Below, in pieces: positions 55,309-63,815 of a stretch of 64,000 bases of DNA; within the stretch, counting starts at the first letter, position 1; each line of letters opens with the position of its first letter. The stretch is from the sequence record NC_100327.1, one strand, 5' to 3'. Position numbers and translations under genes: made by a program. Below the pieces are notes generated by a model. The model was not told the DNA's origin. It did no database searches and was given only the letters and a program-made list of their open reading frames with translations. The stretch is from a phage.

Positions 55309-56286
55309 TTATTTGGTAGATTCTGCACGTGCACGAGCAAGTGCTTTTGCAACGTTTTCAGCAAGAATTTCTTCTGCGGATTTTGCAATATCATCCACAA
55401 CAGGTTCGCCATCATTACCATGTTCAGTGGTGGCAAACTCTTCTTTAGTTTTATGCACCTCTGCTTCCAGCTCTTCAATTTTTGCTTGAGCTTTCTCCAG
55501 CATAGCTACGATAGGTTCGTTAGCTTTTTCCAGCATGAAGTCAACCAGGGTTGCATGATCTTCTTCACCAACAAAGCTTAAAGCTTGAGCCTTAGTCAGC
55601 ATTTTAGCTTTTTCAACTTCAACCTGGGCCTTGATGATTTCTTCAGCTTTACTCTGGGTTGCTTTCAGCTCTTCTACTTGCTTCAGCAGATCCAGATACT
55701 CTTTAGTTTTGGTTACGTCCACCGGATTCTCCTCGGTATTTGCGGATTTTGCAACATCATCCACCTCGGTAGTTTTATCCACCTCAGCAGGTTCCTGTAC
55801 CGCCTTGATCAGGTTCCCTTCTTTATCGAAGAGATCAGCGGTTACTTGTTCAAAAATCTGTTGTGTTTTTAACAGGCTGTACTGATCTGCCACACTAAGC
55901 TGCTTGCCTTCTTTTGCAGCTTTATGAATGGTCACGTTATCACAACGCTCTTCCAGCCATGCAATACAAGACTCTGCGTCAGCTTGCGCCCATTCCCAAT
56001 CAGGATGCTCTTTAGCCCAAGCCTCCTCTTCAATCTCAAAACCAAGCATGTGTGCAAGTGCTTTAGCATCATCATACCACATATCGAAGAAACGACGCAG
56101 GTATTCTTCAAAACTAAGCTCCACAGTAACTTGGCGAAGTGCCTTAACAATATCGTCTGTTAACTGCTCAGGCTTAAGATCACTCTTCATCAAAAGAGAT
56201 ACAGGTCTGTTGTTAGCGCTATAGCCTTGCGCCTTATGGCACAGGGCAATCCCCTTCTCTTTAATAGTAATCGTTTTTTCAGACAT
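55309..56286 (-). CDS. capsid scaffolding protein
   Basis: 325 aa, acidic and coiled-coil rich (EELKATQSKAEEIIKAQVEVEKAK); located between protease and decoration genes. Confidence 0.55.
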   Translation of the reverse strand: MSEKTITIKEKGIALCHKAQGYSANNRPVSLLMKSDLKPEQLTDDIVKALRQVTVELSFEEYLRRFFDMWYDDAKALAHMLGFEIEEEAWAKEHPDWEWAQADAESCIAWLEERCDNVTIHKAAKEGKQLSVADQYSLLKTQQIFEQVTADLFDKEGNLIKAVQEPAEVDKTTEVDDVAKSANTEENPVDVTKTKEYLDLLKQVEELKATQSKAEEIIKAQVEVEKAKMLTKAQALSFVGEEDHATLVDFMLEKANEPIVAMLEKAQAKIEELEAEVHKTKEEFATTEHGNDGEPVVDDIAKSAEEILAENVAKALARARAESTK

Positions 56287-56717
56287 TATTCATTGCCCTC
56301 TTCTACAACACTGATCCCGAAGTTTACGTTGGTAATTTCACCAGTTTCTTCATCAACATTACCTGTTGCCTGAATGCTTAGGCCACCAACAATGCCAGCC
56401 TTCTTAGCTTCCCATAATTCAGGATTATTGTATTTAACTTTAGCAACCCAAGAGCCAGCCTTGATGACCTGCTCAGTGCCAATTACTACAACATCAAACT
56501 CTTCTTGAATCCACGTCTTTTCAATAGTGAAAGCATCTGTAGAGGTCAAGTGAAAAAGGTTTTCAGAAACTAGGCCTGCGGCGTATGCTGCGTCCCAGTT
56601 ATCTTTAGCCTTTTTGATGGTGTCTTTACTCATCCACTCACCGTGAGCATCTTTAGTGTCAGGTTCGTAGATGATTTCGTAGGAAATCATTTCTTCCTGT
56701 GGCATCTTATTCCCCAT
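56286..56717 (-). CDS. prohead protease, XkdF-like (peptidase S78-like)
   Basis: ORF trimmed to ATG 56717 to limit overlap with portal; IYEPDTKDAHGEWMSKDTIKKA resembles XkdF-type N-terminal motif; stop overlaps scaffold start. Confidence 0.45.
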   Translation of the reverse strand: MGNKMPQEEMISYEIIYEPDTKDAHGEWMSKDTIKKAKDNWDAAYAAGLVSENLFHLTSTDAFTIEKTWIQEEFDVVVIGTEQVIKAGSWVAKVKYNNPELWEAKKAGIVGGLSIQATGNVDEETGEITNVNFGISVVEEGNE

Positions 56718-56772
56718 GTGGATTATTTTATCACGCCAAAGGAGGTTTTGCAACCCCCTGTGTTGATAATTT

Positions 56773-58329
56773 TTAATTTTCCATGTTGGATATGGAATTA
56801 TCTCTGGTTGATGATATTTTAGAAGTGCCGTTTCCAGTGGATCCTGCAGCCATTCCATCACCAGCCCTACTGATGTCCTGGCCCAAGAGCTTCATCAGCT
56901 CTTCCTGATCCATGTCCTCGTCAAATCTTTCATCAAACCCGCCTACTTCAAGAATCTTATTAATTACTGCAGGAGTTTTTGGCAAGTAACCTACAGCACC
57001 GATCCTCTGGACAAACTTGGAGAAGCTCTCCATGTCCACTTCTTCGATCAGACCAGGTTTCAGTTTAGGCATATCATCATCTTCAAGGATGATACCATTC
57101 AATGCCAGAAGCTGTGGGATAAGATCTTTATTGAAGGCCTCAGTGATAATATCTATATCACGCTGAACAAAATGACCATGGATAGACTGTTTTGACTCAG
57201 ACAGAGAGAAAGATCCGACGTTATCGTTACCGAGGTTAATAAAGCCAGCACCGAAACGGTCAAGAATCGCCTTCTTACGGGCATCAATCAAATCTTTAGT
57301 GGAATACTGCTTACCCATACCGTCAACCCCCTTCAGGGTCATGGAGTAAAGCTCTTTACCAGACTTATCTCTATCAGACGGAAGTATAAAGAAACTTTGC
57401 TCACCACTATGGGCGTTTGCTGCGTCAAGCATAAGGTCTGCAACCATTCTCCCTTCCATTGAATTCGGGTCAATGCTGGCCTTGTTCAAAATATTGGAAG
57501 GAATTTTCAGCTCAAGCACACCACCAAGGTCTTTGGAACAGCCAACAACCTCAAGGTTTTCAATCAGAACTTTCTCACGGAAAGATCTGTAGCAACCTAT
57601 CATTGGCGACACACCTGCAGGGTTAGATTCTGTTCCTGACAGAGTCATGAGCATAAGCTTTTTAGCAGGGATGAAAATTTCAGGCTCATTAAAGCCTTTT
57701 GAAGGCATTGCAGCAAGAGGTCCAGCCCAGCGTGCATTCTGAGTGTTTAGAAATGCATTAGGTGACTGATAAATACCTGTCAGTGTTCTACTATTCTTGT
57801 CAAAGACAAACGGCTCTGATCTGGACAAACTGGCCTGAGGTCGGAATGCAATTTTATCAATAAGAAGCATCCCGGCATATTTACCTTCTTTCTCTCTGCG
57901 GTATACTTTCTCAAACAGTGAAAAACCATACTCGTTAAAGGTAGCTGCGCTTCTTGCAATATCTCGAAGAGTTTGTTGGTTTGCCAAATTACGCAAAGAA
58001 TACTCTATAAGCTCGGCAGCTTTCTTAGAGTCTTCACTTTTAACATTATAAAGGATCTTAAAATCATTGAATGCTTTCGTGATGAAAACATACTTTGTAT
58101 CTAAGGCAGTAGCAACTGTGGAATCACATTTCATAGTCTCCACTGTAGCAATCAGCTGAGGCCAACGCAATTCCTCAACCATCATAGATTGCGATTCTGC
58201 CATAATTTGGGAAAGTGCGCCAGAACCGATCTCACTCATACGAACATTATGAGTTGGTGCGCCTGCGTTCCCAGATTTATTCACAGTTTTGGCTGTGGCG
58301 TTGTGTTTCCTGCGGTTCTTTTTGGACAC
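56773..58329 (-). CDS. portal protein
   Basis: 518 aa, immediately downstream of terminase large subunit and upstream of protease/scaffold/capsid genes. Confidence 0.7.
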   Translation of the reverse strand: MSKKNRRKHNATAKTVNKSGNAGAPTHNVRMSEIGSGALSQIMAESQSMMVEELRWPQLIATVETMKCDSTVATALDTKYVFITKAFNDFKILYNVKSEDSKKAAELIEYSLRNLANQQTLRDIARSAATFNEYGFSLFEKVYRREKEGKYAGMLLIDKIAFRPQASLSRSEPFVFDKNSRTLTGIYQSPNAFLNTQNARWAGPLAAMPSKGFNEPEIFIPAKKLMLMTLSGTESNPAGVSPMIGCYRSFREKVLIENLEVVGCSKDLGGVLELKIPSNILNKASIDPNSMEGRMVADLMLDAANAHSGEQSFFILPSDRDKSGKELYSMTLKGVDGMGKQYSTKDLIDARKKAILDRFGAGFINLGNDNVGSFSLSESKQSIHGHFVQRDIDIITEAFNKDLIPQLLALNGIILEDDDMPKLKPGLIEEVDMESFSKFVQRIGAVGYLPKTPAVINKILEVGGFDERFDEDMDQEELMKLLGQDISRAGDGMAAGSTGNGTSKISSTRDNSISNMEN

Positions 58330-58351
58330 AAGCTTTACCCCTCAAAACAGT

Positions 58352-58381
58352 ATAACAAAATAGCCCTCGTGTTAGAGGGCT
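58352..58381 (-). terminator. hairpin with U-rich tail between terminase and portal genes
   Basis: AGCCCUC-N6-GAGGGCU stem followed by AUUUUGUUAUA on minus RNA. Confidence 0.35.
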
Positions 58382-58431
58382 AGTATCTCCGATTACTCTA
58401 TTCTACCACATCTAATTAAGATTGGCAACAC

Positions 58432-59217
58432 TTAGATAAAACGCTTGAACATAGAAGGTGATGAGATTGATGGAATCACACAAGGAAGTGCTACCTCCTC
58501 TTTCTCCAGGAAATTAATCGCAGAAGCTACACAGTCAGCCCAGTCGTCTTTTCTGTTAAATGTTGATCTTTCCCCGTTGAATTTTTCAAGTTCGGTCAGA
58601 AATGCTTCCAGAGTATCAGGATGGAAACTGGATTTTACAATCCTTACCATTCCTTGTTGGGCAAGATTGGCAAAAGGTGAGAACCTTGTCAGTTTAGACT
58701 TGTTGGAAGGCATTGGGTCTTCTTCAACCCTAAACCCTTCGGCGAGCAAGGATCTGGAGGAGGTTAAGAACTCACTCTTACCTGCCTGACCGGGGTCCAC
58801 AGAGAATACGATTATACAATCATCACCATCAAACTGCGCCTGTTTCCTGATGATCACATCTCGTTCACCAGCCTTTTTACAGAACTTGCCTTCCAGACCT
58901 GTGGAATACCTCCCGTCATCCACGTTCTCAGGACAATAATCACCGGACAGGTAATAAAAGCCGTCGCTATCTTTACTTACCTTAACACTGGCGGTAAAGT
59001 CAGGAAATTTATTACCGGAAGTTCTCTCGGTTCCTGCCTTATCCCATGCCCTGCAAGATACTGACCCAAGAGGTACTCTATCGGCATCACGAAGGAAAGA
59101 TCTTTGAAAATAGTTTGCACCCTCAGGCTTTGCAAACCAGTTACCATGGAGAAGCTGAGCTTTTTCCAGCTCTGGTAGACCTTCGAGGAAAGCAAGGTAT
59201 TCTGGGTTGTCTCTCAA
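58432..59217 (-). CDS. terL: terminase large subunit, exon 3 (C-terminal nuclease domain); 5' boundary approximate
   Basis: 261-aa frame with RNaseH-like nuclease motifs; separated from upstream terminase fragment by intron 2. Confidence 0.7.
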   Translation of the reverse strand: MRDNPEYLAFLEGLPELEKAQLLHGNWFAKPEGANYFQRSFLRDADRVPLGSVSCRAWDKAGTERTSGNKFPDFTASVKVSKDSDGFYYLSGDYCPENVDDGRYSTGLEGKFCKKAGERDVIIRKQAQFDGDDCIIVFSVDPGQAGKSEFLTSSRSLLAEGFRVEEDPMPSNKSKLTRFSPFANLAQQGMVRIVKSSFHPDTLEAFLTELEKFNGERSTFNRKDDWADCVASAINFLEKEEVALPCVIPSISSPSMFKRFI

Positions 59218-60211
59218 ACAGACAGGATTATCGAATCCTTATATTCAAAGGTGGTCGCAACACCACCCTCCGCACCATTACGTGCTGCTGCATGTTACCA
59301 TGCAGAGTAGACTATATCACCACCCATCTCAGGGTGCTTCGCTTTTCGAGCGCCATAAGCTTGCGCCCTACTCCCTCTCGGGATAGTCGTTGAACTACAT
59401 TACCAATCGTAATTGTTTGAAATATAGGTGTAAGTCTTACGGTCTTTTATTCCTTTAACAACACTAAAACTTACTCCCCACTTCTTAGCTATTTTATTTA
59501 CACACAAAACCCTATCACTAAGATCCTCGCAGATACCTATTATCTTGTGCTCACTTATCCTATTAGAGGTTGGCACTTTTCTAAAGTTAAACTCTTTAGA
59601 AATATCTGGGTATACTGAGCCATTCTTTATACCACTTACAAGTGGTTGATTGACACCAAACATTTCACAAATGTCTTTTACCCTTGCACCTTGCTCTAAC
59701 AGCCTACATATTTCAAGAGCAGTGGCATCATCTAGGGACCTGTATTTATTGACATAGTCCTTTTTAAGTCCCATTTCATGAGCGTGATGTGTGTTTTCCT
59801 CAGGCGTTGTCCACTCAAGGTTCCATGCGGCGTTATTCAACTTATTACCATCCAGGTGGTTTACTTGAGTTTTCACGCTGGGATTATCATTATCAACAAA
59901 AGTCATAGCGATAACTCTATGGACTAGCACTTGGAACTTTTTCCCGCCCTCGCACAAAGTGACCATAGCATAGCCAGTCTTTTTCTGCACATTAGGATGG
60001 AGGAATTTATTAGAATACAGACTGTAAATTCTGCCATCGTATGTAGCACAATAATGATTGTAGCCTAAAAAGCCTAAATTTCTCATTTCAAACATCTCCC
60101 TACTACAGGTTCGGAAGGGTAATTATAGCTGCTGATTGTCCGTTTAGCAATCGGATTTTCCAGCAATTAACGAAGTTATTCGACGTGCATTTCTGCACGA
60201 AGCCACTATCA
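59218..60211 (-). mobile_element. group I intron 2 in terL, carrying an HNH homing endonuclease ORF; boundaries approximate
   Basis: Minus-strand core elements P-like AATTGCTGGAAA (plus 60153-60170), Q AATCAGCAGC (60128-60137), R GTTCAACGACTATCC (59381-59395), S GATATAGTCTAC (59307-59318). Confidence 0.7.
59400..60095 (-). CDS. HNH homing endonuclease (intron-encoded)
   Basis: 231 aa; HNH motif VNHLDGNKLNNAAWNLEWTTPEEN; ORF sits between Q and R elements of intron 2. Confidence 0.75.
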   Translation of the reverse strand: MFEMRNLGFLGYNHYCATYDGRIYSLYSNKFLHPNVQKKTGYAMVTLCEGGKKFQVLVHRVIAMTFVDNDNPSVKTQVNHLDGNKLNNAAWNLEWTTPEENTHHAHEMGLKKDYVNKYRSLDDATALEICRLLEQGARVKDICEMFGVNQPLVSGIKNGSVYPDISKEFNFRKVPTSNRISEHKIIGICEDLSDRVLCVNKIAKKWGVSFSVVKGIKDRKTYTYISNNYDW

Positions 60212-60499
60212 TTTAATGGTTGCGCCTATAAACGAGAATGACAACGGTCTTGGCTTGATCTCCACACCCAGTCCGTTAACCGTGGTGTATTTCTCTATCA
60301 ACTCTTCTTTAGAGTCTCCCCAGATAAATTCACCGTCGCGTCGGATAAAATATCTTTTCTTACCGCATTTCTCCGGATCTGGATACCCTTCATCGTCCAA
60401 CCACCATCTAACCAGTTTGGCAAGCATGTGTTCTGAATCGGGGTTACAGCTGATAACCATTCTTGATGGATACTTTGACTGAGATCGCAGACGAGACAT
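60209..60499 (-). CDS. terL: terminase large subunit, exon 2 (middle segment); both boundaries approximate
   Basis: 96-aa frame flanked by intron core elements on both sides; frame open upstream of first ATG; stop at 60209 probably intronic. Confidence 0.55.
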   Translation of the reverse strand: MSRLRSQSKYPSRMVISCNPDSEHMLAKLVRWWLDDEGYPDPEKCGKKRYFIRRDGEFIWGDSKEELIEKYTTVNGLGVEIKPRPLSFSFIGATIK

Positions 60500-61415
60500 C
60501 AGGTAGTCTATCTGCTCCCATTCGAACTGTGTCGTTTATGTTCGGGCAAGGTCGCTAGTCTTGCCCCGCCATTTTCAGGCAGCTGCATGTCTCCATGCAG
60601 ACCAGACTATATCTTATGAATGTGCAAATACTCTGCCGCTCTAAGAATAGTTTCCTCATCCTCTTGGAAGAAACCTAAAGCTCTGTTGCATTTATCACAA
60701 AGCAACCCTCTTACAGCACCAGTTTTATGGTCATGATCAACACAAAAGAAATCTCTGTACCCTTGCGTCCTATACTCATCAAGAGATATTCTACAAATGG
60801 CACACTTATGATCTTGATCTGAGAGTAGACGATAGTATTCATCTTTTGTTATGTGAAATTTCTTCTCAATCTGATAAAACTTTTCACACATCTTACACCT
60901 GTTCGTAACCAGATATACTTTACCATAGTCACGTTTTGTGTAAAAACTATCAGCGAGCATACTTTCATGACAAGATTTGCATTCAAAAAGTTCACCTTTC
61001 TTCAGCAAGTCTTGAATAAATAATGCTGCGTCATCTCTCTTAACCATATTTTTGTTTCTACGAGATCCACCATTCCTGTAGTACATATAGCATTCCTTGC
61101 ATGTACCTGAGTATCCATCCTTGCTCTTAGATGATAAAAAGAAATCATCAATAGGTAGAACTCTTTGGCAATCCATACATTTTTTAGTATTACACATTCA
61201 CCCTCCCGTTTCGAATCGCTTGATTCTACGTCTTTCGACTAGTCGTTGAACGTTCATCCTCTCGGATGCTTCGCTGCGGATTATCTAAATTAACACACTG
61301 TTACCATACCTTCGATCTCTCTTCGAAGCCTCTATCATGTTACCATGACAGGTTGGTGGTGTCAATAATAAAGATTTCCCCGCAATTAGGGAGGTTTTAC
61401 GAGAGCTACAAATTA
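60500..61415 (-). mobile_element. group I intron 1 in terL, carrying an Endonuclease VII-like homing endonuclease ORF; boundaries approximate
   Basis: Minus-strand core elements P AATTGCGGGGAAA (plus 61375-61387), Q AATCCGCAGC (61273-61282), R GTTCAACGACTAGTC (61237-61251), S AAGATATAGTC (60605-60615, overlapping ORF stop). Confidence 0.75.
60607..61197 (-). CDS. Endonuclease VII-like (T4 gp49-type) homing endonuclease (intron-encoded)
   Basis: 196 aa; N-terminal CxxC zinc cluster; signature DHDHKTGAVRGLLCDKCN; C-terminal codons coincide with the intron S element. Confidence 0.7.
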   Translation of the reverse strand: MCNTKKCMDCQRVLPIDDFFLSSKSKDGYSGTCKECYMYYRNGGSRRNKNMVKRDDAALFIQDLLKKGELFECKSCHESMLADSFYTKRDYGKVYLVTNRCKMCEKFYQIEKKFHITKDEYYRLLSDQDHKCAICRISLDEYRTQGYRDFFCVDHDHKTGAVRGLLCDKCNRALGFFQEDEETILRAAEYLHIHKI

Positions 61416-61841
61416 ACCCTCATCGAAGCAAACCATGGTGTACTCAAGCCCCTGATGGTTAAGCTTATCTTGTACATACTCCATATGGCAGTATTTTACA
61501 ACAGCTCCCTTTTTGCTTCTATCCCACTTACCAGTGTTCGGATCAAACCGTGGAAAAATGAACTTATGATCCTTCTCTCTGAACTTTGGCTTAATGTTTT
61601 CAGGCAGATCACTATAAATAGCTACTGCTTTAGGCCATAGTCCACCCTCACCTTCCAACTGTGGGGTTGTTCTTCGGAACATAACCACAGAGCTGTGGGG
61701 GTCATCAATAATTTTAAGTGGCATCAACTGCAAGAGGAACGACTTGCCAGACCCTGCGGCACCGCCGATTACCAAAATATCTGCATCGTTTTCTAGGATC
61801 ATCTTCTGCTTTTCAGAACACGGTCCGTAAATCTTAGACAT
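61413..61841 (-). CDS. terL: terminase large subunit, exon 1 (N-terminal ATPase domain); 3' boundary approximate
   Basis: Walker A VIGGAAGSGKS, Walker B-like MVCFDEG at the end, then in-frame TAA followed by intron P element. Confidence 0.75.
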   Translation of the reverse strand: MSKIYGPCSEKQKMILENDADILVIGGAAGSGKSFLLQLMPLKIIDDPHSSVVMFRRTTPQLEGEGGLWPKAVAIYSDLPENIKPKFREKDHKFIFPRFDPNTGKWDRSKKGAVVKYCHMEYVQDKLNHQGLEYTMVCFDEG

Positions 61842-62128
61842 TAACCTCTCTCCTTTGGAAACAGTGTTCTAATATAGTCTTGCAAAATGATCAATTTAGC
61901 TCTATCATTGCTACAAGACAGATTATTATCCCTCATAATGCCAGAATTCACTGCATCTGGCGCACCTTTCTTCAAAGGCATAGCTTTAGCAGGTGGTTTC
62001 ATGGCACCTTCCGGGGGTTTAACAATCAACCTTCCTACATCCGGAGGGTCAATCTTGTATTCTCTCTCAACGCTGGTTGCACACCCACATAATAACAAGC
62101 ACACAATAAACAGTGTAGCAACTCTCAT
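61841..62128 (-). CDS. o-spanin (outer-membrane lipoprotein, Rz1-like)
   Basis: 95 aa; lipobox LLCGC after signal peptide; proline-rich mature region; immediately downstream of i-spanin. Confidence 0.55.
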   Translation of the reverse strand: MRVATLFIVCLLLCGCATSVEREYKIDPPDVGRLIVKPPEGAMKPPAKAMPLKKGAPDAVNSGIMRDNNLSCSNDRAKLIILQDYIRTLFPKERG

Positions 62129-62523
62129 CTACCCTCCTGATTAATACTCTCATTATAAATATCTATAAGCTGATCAGGGAGTGTTGACTTCTTACCCTCA
62201 GGTGACTGGAGGTAAATAATCTGCTTTTCTTTACCTGCCTTCTCAGCCATATTTAATTTATCCTGTAGATCAGAAAGGGATTTTTCAAGGTTTTTAACCT
62301 CCTCTGCGTGGCCCATTTTAATTTTGTCGGCCTGCTTTTGTTGCTGATCAAGGATCCGTTCCCACTTTAACTCTGTTGCTGACACACCTTCTTGGTAGGC
62401 ATCATTAAGCTTAGAGTTAAACCAATACACGGCCCCAAGATAAGCTGTACCTATCGCAGCTGCAAAAACTAAACCTTTTATGATCCCTCTATACCTGCTC
62501 AGCCATGTTAAAACTGAAATCAT
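62125..62523 (-). CDS. i-spanin (inner-membrane, Rz-like)
   Basis: 132 aa; N-terminal transmembrane helix IIKGLVFAAAIGTAYLGAVYWF then coiled-coil periplasmic domain; 4-nt overlap with o-spanin. Confidence 0.55.
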   Translation of the reverse strand: MISVLTWLSRYRGIIKGLVFAAAIGTAYLGAVYWFNSKLNDAYQEGVSATELKWERILDQQQKQADKIKMGHAEEVKNLEKSLSDLQDKLNMAEKAGKEKQIIYLQSPEGKKSTLPDQLIDIYNESINQEGR

Positions 62524-62539
62524 TTTAAGGCTCCAGAAA

Positions 62540-62575
62540 CGAAAAAACCCCGCAGCTATACAGCTAACGGGGCGG
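62540..62575 (-). terminator. rho-independent terminator
   Basis: GC-rich hairpin containing AGCUGUAUAGCU palindrome followed by UUUUUUCG on minus RNA. Confidence 0.5.
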
Positions 62576-62628
62576 GTTAAAATTGAGTAACCTAAATAGA
62601 TCGAAACTAACTAAAAGGAGACTAATAC

Positions 62629-62898
62629 TTATCGAGGCACTCGGTGGATGATTCTAACAGTAACTGCATTTTCATTCATCAAGTATGCATCTACATCTCT
62701 GTAAATATAAAACTTCTGCTCACTATCAACAACACAAGCTACCGCCCCTTCAGAGTTGTCTTCAAAAAAGACCACCACTGCATCGCAGCTGAGTTCATGA
62801 TATGACTCTCGAAGATTTACAGCCAGAGGATTGAAATCGTCACGAAAATCTACGGTATGGGTTGGATTTACACGCTCTACAATTTTAAGTGTATACAT
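62629..62898 (-). CDS. hypothetical protein
   Basis: ORF 62629-62988 trimmed to ATG 62898 (MYTLKIVERV...) with AAAGGAAC RBS; longer form would overlap tRNA-Pro. Confidence 0.45.
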   Translation of the reverse strand: MYTLKIVERVNPTHTVDFRDDFNPLAVNLRESYHELSCDAVVVFFEDNSEGAVACVVDSEQKFYIYRDVDAYLMNENAVTVRIIHRVPR

Positions 62899-62944
62899 TT
62901 TAAAGGTTCCTTTTGTTTGTATATGTTTAAAGTATAACTGAAAG

Positions 62945-63021
62945 TGGTCTCCACGGAGTGATTCGAACACTCGACCTCCTGATCCCAAATCAGGCGCTCT
63001 ACCAAGCTGAGCTACGCGGAG
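62945..63021 (-). tRNA. tRNA-Pro (anticodon UGG), CCA encoded
   Basis: Manual fold: 7-bp acceptor CUCCGCG/CGUGGAG, D-arm GCUC...GAGC, anticodon loop UUUGGGA, T-arm GUCGAGUGUUCGAAUCACUC. Confidence 0.7.
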
Positions 63022-63032
63022 TATTTATTATT

Positions 63033-63107
63033 TGGTGGCCCTGGGTGGAATTGAACCACCGTCTGGCGATTATGAGTCGCTTGCTTGAACCTTCCAGCTA
63101 CAGGGCC
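63033..63107 (-). tRNA. tRNA-Met (anticodon CAU; initiator, elongator or lysidine-Ile not distinguishable), CCA encoded
   Basis: Acceptor GGCCCUG/CAGGGCC, anticodon loop CUCAUAA, T-arm GGUGGUUCAAUUCCACC. Confidence 0.6.
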
Positions 63108-63108
63108 A

Positions 63109-63184
63109 TGGTGCTGATGGCAGGACTTGAACCCGCAACCTATTGATTACAAATCAATTGCACTACCGATTGTGCTACATCAGC
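63109..63184 (-). tRNA. tRNA-Thr (anticodon UGU), CCA encoded
   Basis: Acceptor GCUGAUG/CAUCAGC, anticodon arm AUUGA-UUUGUAA-UCAAU, T-arm GCGGGUUCAAGUCCUGC. Confidence 0.7.
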
Positions 63185-63191
63185 AAAAAGG

Positions 63192-63288
63192 TGCTAGGTG
63201 ATGGAATCGAACCACCTATGTATTCAACGACTACCTCGTCTATTTTCAGGATTAAAAATCCTCGCCCTTGCCAAAGGGCTTACCTAGC
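63192..63288 (-). tRNA. atypical tRNA-like element (97 nt; possible UUU anticodon, oversized variable region); may be a pseudo-tRNA
   Basis: Perfect 7-bp acceptor GCUAGGU/ACCUAGC, D-arm GCCC-UUUGGCAA-GGGC, canonical T-arm GGUGG-UUCGAUU-CCAUC; ~30 nt between anticodon-like hairpin and T-arm; CCA not fully encoded. Confidence 0.35.
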
Positions 63289-63386
63289 TCAGTATGTTGA
63301 CCATGTTGCTAGTCGGCGATGACGACTGTAACATTTGATAATCCGGTTCTGCTTCCGACTTTCGCTTAATTACAAGGTCAACAATG

Positions 63387-63477
63387 TGGCGGAGAGTAAT
63401 GGAATCGAACCATCATCGAGTCATCCTCAACGGGACGGTTTTCAAGACCGCTTGAGCACCATTGCTCCCTACCCTCC
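63387..63477 (-). tRNA. tRNA-Ser (anticodon UGA), long variable arm, CCA encoded
   Basis: Acceptor GGAGGGU/ACUCUCC, anticodon arm GCGGU-CUUGAAA-ACCGU, long variable arm, T-arm GAUGG-UUCGAUU-CCAUU. Confidence 0.65.
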
Positions 63478-63591
63478 TTTATAAATTATACTGATAATGA
63501 CACTGATTTTCGAGCAGTTAGTGACTAGTATAAACGACGATAAATATCAATGCCATTATCTGTATTATTTATGCATCTAAAAATATAAATT

Positions 63592-63678
63592 TGGTGGGGA
63601 GTGGTGGAGTCGAACCACCCGAGTCGCAATGACAATAGATTTACAGTCTACACCGCTACCTCTACGGGATAACTCCCC
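63592..63678 (-). tRNA. tRNA-Tyr (anticodon GUA), long variable arm, CCA encoded
   Basis: Acceptor GGGGAGU/ACUCCCC, anticodon arm GUAGA-CUGUAAA-UCUAU, T-arm GGUGG-UUCGACU-CCACC. Confidence 0.65.
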
Positions 63679-63682
63679 AATT

Positions 63683-63757
63683 TGGCACCCCGTACTGGAC
63701 TCGAACCAGTGTCAACGGCTTAGAAGGCCGCTGCTTTATCCACTAAGCTAACAGGGC
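63683..63757 (-). tRNA. tRNA-Arg (anticodon UCU), CCA encoded
   Basis: Acceptor GCCCUGU/ACGGGGU with G-U pairs, anticodon arm GCGGC-CUUCUAA-GCCGU, T-arm ACUGG-UUCGAGU-CCAGU. Confidence 0.65.
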
Positions 63758-63815
63758 ACTGGGTGGCTTTCTTTTACACCTTAGCCGCCAGAAAAGGTGG
63801 GAGACCATGTTTACA

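Noticed and set aside
58432-61841. Inteins as the cause of the split terminase
   Set aside because: The pieces are separated by stop codons and non-coding structured RNA with group I P/Q/R/S elements, and the endonuclease ORFs are free-standing rather than in-frame insertions.
62899-62988. Longer form of the 62629-62988 ORF
   Set aside because: The extension would overlap tRNA-Pro (62945-63021); the internal ATG at 62898 has a proper RBS.
63289-63386. Possible additional tRNA between the tRNA-like element and tRNA-Ser
   Set aside because: The region has a hairpin (AGTCG...CGACT) but no T-loop motif and no acceptor-stem complementarity.
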